Source: an uncultured Verrucomicrobiota bacterium (lineage in GTDB: Bacteria; Verrucomicrobiota; Kiritimatiellia; CAYTQP01). From it: DNA of 51,563 bases. The notes beneath the pieces are model-generated. The model was given only the letters and a program-made list of their open reading frames with translations. It was not told the origin of the DNA and searched no databases. The position numbers were made by a program, and so were the translations under genes. The stretch covers positions 1 through 51,563 of the forward strand of contig CAYTQP010000002.1 of assembly GCA_964440175.1 (NCBI GenBank), given 5' to 3'. This document shows, piece by piece, positions 38,846-45,292 of this stretch (the first letter of the stretch is position 1; every line of letters begins with the position of its first letter).

Positions 38846-39807
38846 CGCGGCACCGATATTCCTTGTAAAATACGGGTGACAACCTCAGAGACCGACAATC
38901 CTTCAATCTCATACTCTGGACGCAGAATCACGCGCAGACACAAAACTGGTTCAGCCATCAGCTTGATGTCGTCCGGGCTGACAAAATCGCGTGCCTGAAT
39001 CGCCGCGTACGCCCGTGCGGCAAGTATGAGTGCCTGAGTGGCGCGGGGTCCCGCTCCAACGAGCGTGCTGTCGTCAGAACGTGTGGTGCGGATAATCTTC
39101 ACTGCGTACTCTATCAATTCATCACGTACAACGATTCCTCTCAGTGCCCCCCGCAATCCTGCGAGTTCAGCGGACGAGATAACAGCCTTAACCGCACCCG
39201 CATCCAACACACTTTCCGGCGCATCCGCGCCCAGTGTTCGGTGAGCAAGTAGCACCTCTTCCTCCTTATCCAGGCAACTCATTGTTATCTTCAGCATAAA
39301 TCTGTCTTTTTGCGCCTCTGGTAACGGATAAGTTCCCTCATACTCCAAAGGGTTCTGGGTGGCGAACACAGTGAAATTATCCGGCAACTGATGAGTCTCA
39401 CAATCAATTGTCACACAACGCTCCTGCATGGCCTGCAGCAGAGCCGACTGGGTTTTCGCCGGAGCCCGGTTGATCTCGTCCGCCAGCAAAAAAGTTGTGA
39501 AAACAGGACCCTTGATCAAGTTGAATTCGTTGTTTTTCATATTGAAAATATTAGTTCCTATAATGTCAGCCGGCATAAGATCGGGGGTAAACTGAATACG
39601 CCCGAAGTCACATCCAAGCACGCGGGCAAGCGTCCGCACCAGCAACGTCTTCGCCACACCGGGAACACCCTCAATCAGCGCATGATTGCGGGTTATGACC
39701 GCCACCAGTGCCTTATCCACCGTATCCCCCTGTCCGATAATAACCTTGCTTATTTCCGCCTTGGCGGTCACCAGAATCTGCTGGAGTTTTTCAATTGTGT
39801 ATTCCAT
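38842..39807 (-). CDS. MoxR-family AAA+ ATPase
   Basis: IIGQGDTVDKALVAVITRNHALIEGVPGVAKTLLVRTLARVLGCDFGRIQFTPDLMPADIIGT (Walker A), LLADEINRAPAKTQSALLQAMQE (Walker B), and a length of 321 aa. Confidence 0.92.
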   Translation of the reverse strand: MEYTIEKLQQILVTAKAEISKVIIGQGDTVDKALVAVITRNHALIEGVPGVAKTLLVRTLARVLGCDFGRIQFTPDLMPADIIGTNIFNMKNNEFNLIKGPVFTTFLLADEINRAPAKTQSALLQAMQERCVTIDCETHQLPDNFTVFATQNPLEYEGTYPLPEAQKDRFMLKITMSCLDKEEEVLLAHRTLGADAPESVLDAGAVKAVISSAELAGLRGALRGIVVRDELIEYAVKIIRTTRSDDSTLVGAGPRATQALILAARAYAAIQARDFVSPDDIKLMAEPVLCLRVILRPEYEIEGLSVSEVVTRILQGISVPR

Positions 39808-39810
39808 TAA

Positions 39811-41049
39811 TCACTTCCTTTCACTCAAGATTTCGGTAAGTCTGTTATAAAAATCGACAATCGGGAGTTTTGACTGCTCATCTTTCAGCACCTGCAACTC
39901 ATCGTTAAGTTTTTTCATCTTTCCCTGCATCGACGGTTGCTTCAAAAAAGTCGCCTTCCATTCATCAACCATTATCTCTTGCAATCTATTTCGCAGAATA
40001 TGATGCTTCAGAAGATTCGCAAAACCCTGCATAGAGCCAACCACCGCACACCGCTCATCAGAAGCAGAGGGTTCTGAATATTCAGGAATAAACCCGTACG
40101 AGTTTTTCCAGACAAACAATACTGCCAGCAGAAGTAGAGTGTACAACACCCACTGTAAACGATAACGCTTTATCAGCATCATAATCCCCTCCTTCGAGGC
40201 AACACCCAGATGAAATTCATCAAAGATAACATGCTTGGCTCCAGCTAACAAATATATAAGAAATCTGGTGTTCCGCTCAACAACCAGAGCCTCATTGCTG
40301 AAGCAATAACTGTCCGTCATAAGCACCAATGAACCCGCCCCCCAGTCACGCCTGATGATCACCGGGCAATTCTGGTAACGGTAAAGTACCGTCCACTCCG
40401 CGCTCAAATCTTTAAAATAGCGTGGCGACCTCCACCTGAGTGGTGCGAATTCGGTCATCAGCGACTCCGGCTGAGCATGAGTTTGCGACACACTGTCATT
40501 AATTTTCGCATAGCTGAATCTTTCGGTTCTCACACCCCAGTTTTTCGCCAAACCACGCCACTCACTCAACGCGCTGTGCGGTGCTGAATCAGACCGACTC
40601 TCCTCTTTTTTGACATTACCAGCCTTCTCCTCTTCGATTTCCGGCTCCTTAACCTCGGCATCACCCCTGCGTTCTAACTCATCTCTGAGCGAAGTTTTCG
40701 GTGAAAATGCCACAACCGCGTGACCTCCGGAAGTTAGATAACCGCGTAGCGTGTCACCAATATTTCCAGTCAAAAGATGCTGCTTAGCACCCAGATAAAA
40801 AACAACTGTGTCACTCCCGTCCATCTCCCCCAACGGCTCAAGCCAACGTTCCGTGGTCACACCGGGAAGCTCTTTGAGCGACTCGAACAATATTTTCGTA
40901 CCCCGTGGATCAGCGCGATATGTGGAGTAGGTCGGGAAGATGTCGCCAGAACGGAAACGCAACTCAAACAGGCGGTAAAAACCGATCAATGCAAGTGCCA
41001 CAAGCAACAGAAAAACGGTTGTAACCGAATATTTACTCTTCAAGATCAC
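39811..41049 (-). CDS. DUF4350-like membrane-anchored protein
   Basis: N-terminal TM, then RADPRGTKILFESLKELPGV and a second TM near residue 300. The family name is recalled from similar MoxR neighbourhoods and was not verified. Confidence 0.45.
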   Translation of the reverse strand: MILKSKYSVTTVFLLLVALALIGFYRLFELRFRSGDIFPTYSTYRADPRGTKILFESLKELPGVTTERWLEPLGEMDGSDTVVFYLGAKQHLLTGNIGDTLRGYLTSGGHAVVAFSPKTSLRDELERRGDAEVKEPEIEEEKAGNVKKEESRSDSAPHSALSEWRGLAKNWGVRTERFSYAKINDSVSQTHAQPESLMTEFAPLRWRSPRYFKDLSAEWTVLYRYQNCPVIIRRDWGAGSLVLMTDSYCFSNEALVVERNTRFLIYLLAGAKHVIFDEFHLGVASKEGIMMLIKRYRLQWVLYTLLLLAVLFVWKNSYGFIPEYSEPSASDERCAVVGSMQGFANLLKHHILRNRLQEIMVDEWKATFLKQPSMQGKMKKLNDELQVLKDEQSKLPIVDFYNRLTEILSERK

Positions 41050-42703
41050 GCCGCATCCTCTCTATATTTCTCTCCAACGTCTCAATATCATCAGTTGTCA
41101 CTGCGTGCAACCCGTACCACGCACGCTCAAAGAGTTTTGTGTTCTCTCCAAAAAGCGGAACCACAGCGGGTGTCCGCCGGGCGCGGCGGGCAAGCTCCCG
41201 GCTGTATTCGAGATTCGATTTTGAGTGCAAAATCGACAAAAGATCCGTTCGCTCCAAAAACGCTAAACCCGCGAGAAACCAGGCACGCATGGATTTCCGC
41301 AACTCACCGACTGCAGCCAATTTTCGGGCAAGCTCAATCCACTCGTCCTCCTCCAGCATCGTCGCGACAACATTCTCATCATCTATGTCGATACTGACGG
41401 AGACCGGCATCGCCTCCACAGTTTTTGACTGTGGCTTACGGTGGGAGAGAAGAATCTTCACCAGATATGCCACCAGAACTAAAATCATCACGCACAGCAA
41501 AACTTTAGACACCCACTTCAAAAAGGAGAAATCCCTGCCGCCAATATTAGTTTTTTTCATACCGGGTGGGTGGATGTGCTCCAATATCCACTTCAAAACG
41601 CCTCCAAAAAAAACGCCAACACCCTGTATTACACGTTCCATCCAGTTTACAATAGAATCGATGAATGTCCCAAAAAAGCCGTGCTTCTCCTCCCCGGCAG
41701 CAAACTCACGCGGCATACGCCAGGTGTATTCTGAGCGTCTCATAACCCGATCAACCGACGCATCCAGTTCCGCCTGTTCTATTACCGGCTCAGACACTGC
41801 AACATCCCCCTCCTGTCCAGTGGCAACCGCGATGACACTCATAAACAGCAACACCGTCACGACTCCCGTTCGAGCCCTACCCGCAATACCTCGTTTTGGC
41901 GGAATACTCCGGAGATCGGCAAGCAGATCCTCGCCAGTATAGATCGACTCACCAGCGTGAAAACGCAATACATAAAACGCCTTAAATAGAGGATCCACGG
42001 CAAGATAGGTCAAGCCAGACAGAACGCCCCAAAAGGTTGTGCTTAACAACCAGTAATGACTCCGAGAGAACACTGTCTCCATGCCCAGCAACGATTTCAG
42101 TAAATTCGGAGTCAACGCTATTACCATGCCGATATTGAGGAAAACAAAGAGAGCAAAGAGGGTCAATATGCAAACAGCGAAACCGTTCTGACGCGGCCAA
42201 ATTGTGGCCAAAGCGCGAGCCTTAACGGCGGCCTCCCCGAAAGTGCCTTCAAAAACATTCACTATGCACAGGTTGTTGAAATATGCGAACACCCACGCAA
42301 AAGGAAGAATTGTAAGTGCCGCTACCGGCATTATTAGCAAACCCCATGATGAATAGACTATATGAAAATATATCAAGCGCATTATCCGCCGCGCCGTCAG
42401 CGGCGCGGGATTTCCTAAAATAAAAGCCTCCCCCAGCCGCTGACAGAAAAGCGACTGCCAGACTCTCATCCAGATGTAAAGTAGTGCCATTCCAAGAGAT
42501 GTGGCGACGCAACGGGCGGACGCAAACGGATTCGAGGACATGTCCGTTAGAAAAAACAGTAGCCCCAACACAAACGGCGCGGCACCGAGATAGTATAGAG
42601 CAAACGTCGAAACCGATGCCTGACGAAGCAGATGAAACGCTCGTTCGACTATATCAAGACCACGCTCTCCTCTCCCCGCTTCCTTTCCCCTCATAACCAC
42701 CAC
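41033..42703 (-). CDS. Polytopic membrane protein with DUF4129-like C-terminal domain
   Basis: About 7 TM segments. The C-terminal LEEDEWIELARKLAAVGELRKSMRAWFLAGLAFLERTDLL......EYSRELARR....VPLFGENTKLFERAWYG resembles DUF4129. Confidence 0.55.
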   Translation of the reverse strand: MVVMRGKEAGRGERGLDIVERAFHLLRQASVSTFALYYLGAAPFVLGLLFFLTDMSSNPFASARCVATSLGMALLYIWMRVWQSLFCQRLGEAFILGNPAPLTARRIMRLIYFHIVYSSWGLLIMPVAALTILPFAWVFAYFNNLCIVNVFEGTFGEAAVKARALATIWPRQNGFAVCILTLFALFVFLNIGMVIALTPNLLKSLLGMETVFSRSHYWLLSTTFWGVLSGLTYLAVDPLFKAFYVLRFHAGESIYTGEDLLADLRSIPPKRGIAGRARTGVVTVLLFMSVIAVATGQEGDVAVSEPVIEQAELDASVDRVMRRSEYTWRMPREFAAGEEKHGFFGTFIDSIVNWMERVIQGVGVFFGGVLKWILEHIHPPGMKKTNIGGRDFSFLKWVSKVLLCVMILVLVAYLVKILLSHRKPQSKTVEAMPVSVSIDIDDENVVATMLEEDEWIELARKLAAVGELRKSMRAWFLAGLAFLERTDLLSILHSKSNLEYSRELARRARRTPAVVPLFGENTKLFERAWYGLHAVTTDDIETLERNIERMRRDLEE

Positions 42704-43032
42704 CCGCCAATGTTCTCAGGATGAAAAGAGTCCGGGATTAAAAGCAGAAGTCTCCCAAGCGCATAGAAAAACATCCAGATCACAAACAGATTCAAAACTG
42801 CAACGACCAGCCTTTTCACCACGCTAAAACCAATGAAAAACAAACCGTGACTCTTCTCTTCCCCGGAGATATTGAAACGCACGATACACGCCGCGCACAT
42901 CAGATGTCCCGCATGTTCGGTGACACACTCGCGGCAGAAGAAATTTTCACACCCGGAACAGCGTGCTACTGCTTCACGAGTGGCATGATTGAGACACCGA
43001 GCCTGATGCAAACGGAACATAAACGTTACCAA
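42691..43032 (-). CDS. B-box-like zinc-finger protein with C-terminal TM anchor
   Basis: 113 aa. Ligand pattern C13-x2-H-x8-C-x2-C-x4-C-x2-C-x9-C-x2-C49, then one or two hydrophobic helices. Its ends overlap both neighbouring genes. Confidence 0.6.
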   Translation of the reverse strand: MVTFMFRLHQARCLNHATREAVARCSGCENFFCRECVTEHAGHLMCAACIVRFNISGEEKSHGLFFIGFSVVKRLVVAVLNLFVIWMFFYALGRLLLLIPDSFHPENIGGWWL

Positions 43033-43571
43033 TCCTCCTTGTGGGATTCATTTGCGGATAACGCCGGGGCGGGCGTGGAAAAAATAACCTTCGAAGGTTC
43101 CTCTTTCATCTCTTCCAACGAAAACGCACCTTGCGCATCACGAATACGAGGCTCAATCCGCGCCATGAACTTCTCCACCTGTTTCACGCGGCCAAACATA
43201 TTCAACCTCTGTTTATTAACGTCGGTCTCTATCCAGCACTTGCATGTGCCTCCACGCACAAGGTGAATAATCAGGATGATAACCAAAATGATGAATGCAA
43301 CCGCGCTAAACCACCGCCCCCCGGTGAGATATGCCACACCCGTGAACAATGTCAAAAGTGACAAAATAATCATCCAGGCAACATAGTCGGCAGAAAGAAC
43401 CGTAACCACAGAATGGATATCACCGTAATAAAAACGCTTATGCTTCTCTAACCACCCAACGCTCGTCACAAATAAAAGGTGATCCTCCTCCTCACTCAAG
43501 CGCGAGAACGATATCCATGACTTACCCTTCCCCAGAAGTTTTTTATGTTTTGATCTATCCAACACTGGCAA
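43026..43571 (-). CDS. Hypothetical two-TM membrane protein
   Basis: 181-aa ORF overlapping both neighbours (7 nt and 17 nt). It has a central TM pair (YVAWMIILSLLTLFTGVAYL / WFSAVAFIILVIILIIHLV). No domain recognised. Confidence 0.5.
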   Translation of the reverse strand: MPVLDRSKHKKLLGKGKSWISFSRLSEEEDHLLFVTSVGWLEKHKRFYYGDIHSVVTVLSADYVAWMIILSLLTLFTGVAYLTGGRWFSAVAFIILVIILIIHLVRGGTCKCWIETDVNKQRLNMFGRVKQVEKFMARIEPRIRDAQGAFSLEEMKEEPSKVIFSTPAPALSANESHKEDW

Positions 43572-44136
43572 TCCACCTGATTAAAATGACAAGAGCAATA
43601 ATCCATCCGACAATCTCAAATAGCGCGAAAATAAAGGCCGCCGACATGCGTGCGCGTGCCGAAGGCTTGATCTTCTCGTGATAACGCACAACAACAAAGA
43701 TGGTTGCCGGCGCAGTAAAGACAGTGAAAGGGAAAGACAACAATGGCAACACCGCCAAATAAAACGCTATCTTATCATAACGCATAACACTCGAAACAAA
43801 CGCGTCTTCGCCGGGTTGGCGACGGCGTGCCTCCAAACATGGCGCACACAGCGACTCCCCGCCCAGCGGCAACTCACACAACGCGCAAAGAAACCGACCG
43901 CACTCATCACAAACAATCTCCGCCTTCTTGTCGGCATGATAGTAACAGACAGCGTCATCCATATCCGCCTTCACCGCCAGACGCGATTCCGGCGCATTCC
44001 GGTAAAGCGCGGGAAACGCATACACCCGCACCCTGGCCAAACAAACCCCGCACACCTCATATTTCGCCGAAGTGTTGTACTGCTCCGCGTTCAGCGGATA
44101 ATCACATTTCGGACATTTGACGTAAGAGACACTCAT
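43555..44136 (-). CDS. Zinc-ribbon plus B-box-like zinc-finger membrane protein
   Basis: C8-x2-C-x17-C-x2-C32 ribbon, then C64-x2-H-x8-C-x2-C-x4-C-x2-C-x9-C-x2-C100, with spacing identical to the 113-aa protein, then 3 TM segments. Confidence 0.62.
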   Translation of the reverse strand: MSVSYVKCPKCDYPLNAEQYNTSAKYEVCGVCLARVRVYAFPALYRNAPESRLAVKADMDDAVCYYHADKKAEIVCDECGRFLCALCELPLGGESLCAPCLEARRRQPGEDAFVSSVMRYDKIAFYLAVLPLLSFPFTVFTAPATIFVVVRYHEKIKPSARARMSAAFIFALFEIVGWIIALVILIRWIASVG

Positions 44137-44140
44137 AAAC

Positions 44141-44887
44141 CTACTTGTAAATCACACGGGTGTTGCAAATGTGATCGTGTAATGCCCGCTTCTCATCATC
44201 AAACGCTACGATTATATAGCCAATATACAAAATTATTCCACTCAGAAATGTCGCAAAATACCGCCCCGTAGCGCAACCGTAAGAGATAGGAGTTCCATCC
44301 GACATCACAACCTTAATGCCCACCGCCTTTTTGCCCAGCGTGGCTCCGTATTTCCCCAGCATTAGAATGGAATAGAGTGCGGGAACCAGAAAGGCAACAA
44401 TAAAATACAACGCCGTAGAGAAAACCGTAAGTGCCATGTTCTCAGATGTGTTGCCCAGCGTCATCAGAATCCGGAATGGAATAACAATAATATTCATGAA
44501 AATGCCGTCAATGAAAACCGCCACAAACCGTATCCAAAAGCCCGCGTAGCGAAACGAAACCATTTGCGGTATTTCAGAGTTCTCCTTAATCCGTTGAATA
44601 AACCCCGGCTTGCATTCCGCGCAGACACGCGAACCCTCAAAAACGATCATCTCGTTAACATGAAAATTTCTCCCGCATATTGAACAAACCGACCCTCCCT
44701 CCGCTACGTCAAATCCGCTGGACTGTTCACGCAGATGCGGAATGTCCGCGTAACGTGCCCAGTCAGACATCCCCTCCTTCCAAACCAGCGTCTCGCTGTC
44801 AATCTCTCCCGAAGCGAATAGAGAAACCAAATCCGGCTCATTAACCGGCTCCCTCTGTTGCCCGTTAACCGTATAAAACCACATCAT
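44141..44887 (-). CDS. GYF_2 (DUF4339) - zinc ribbon - RDD domain fusion protein
   Basis: From ATG 44887 (RBS GAGGGA upstream): WFYTVNGQQREPVNEPDLVSLFASGEIDSETLVWKEGMSDWARYADIP (GYF_2 pattern), CSIC-x17-CAEC ribbon, then the RDD pattern (YAGFWIRFVAVFIDG...GATLGKKAVGIKVV...ALHD). The track ORF start at 44989 would include the candidate promoter. Confidence 0.65.
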   Translation of the reverse strand: MMWFYTVNGQQREPVNEPDLVSLFASGEIDSETLVWKEGMSDWARYADIPHLREQSSGFDVAEGGSVCSICGRNFHVNEMIVFEGSRVCAECKPGFIQRIKENSEIPQMVSFRYAGFWIRFVAVFIDGIFMNIIVIPFRILMTLGNTSENMALTVFSTALYFIVAFLVPALYSILMLGKYGATLGKKAVGIKVVMSDGTPISYGCATGRYFATFLSGIILYIGYIIVAFDDEKRALHDHICNTRVIYK

Positions 44888-44937
44888 AAAACTATCCCTC
44901 TCAATGCAAAAGTCCATCCGCGCCCAATGTCGACCAA

Positions 44938-44964
44938 AATATAGAACACCAGGACTTCCGTCAA
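44938..44964 (-). promoter_or_regulatory. Candidate promoter of the ten-gene MoxR-cluster operon
   Basis: On the minus strand: TTGACG (44964-44959), a 15-nt spacer, then TATATT (44943-44938), about 50 nt upstream of ATG 44887. This is a consensus match only and the spacer is short. Confidence 0.3.
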
Positions 44965-45292
44965 GATATTTCGGAATCATTCCACGCAAAAAATGTCAAA
45001 CCTCTATCCGCGTCACAGAACCTGCATCCTGAATACAGTCTACTTTTAAAACACCGCTGGAAGGCTTCATTGGGCACACACTCGACCAGCATTTTAGAAC
45101 TGGATCGTTAGTCGTTTCATCCTTATATTCACAGGCTGTTTAACCAACGCGCCGCATAAGCAATTCCCGGAGTTTGAGTCTATAATTTGCTTTTTCCGGA
45201 AGCGGCGGTCTATCAAAAAATATGCGTTATCCGTTTTACCATCATAAAACACATCTTTTTGCTTGCATGGCGTTTTGGGGAAAGGCTCTAAA

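Noticed and set aside
41139-41942. 267-aa ORF (and 43678-44271, 197 aa) antisense within the MoxR cluster.
   Set aside because: Both lie opposite translationally coupled minus-strand genes. Their basic, low-complexity translations mark them as shadow ORFs.
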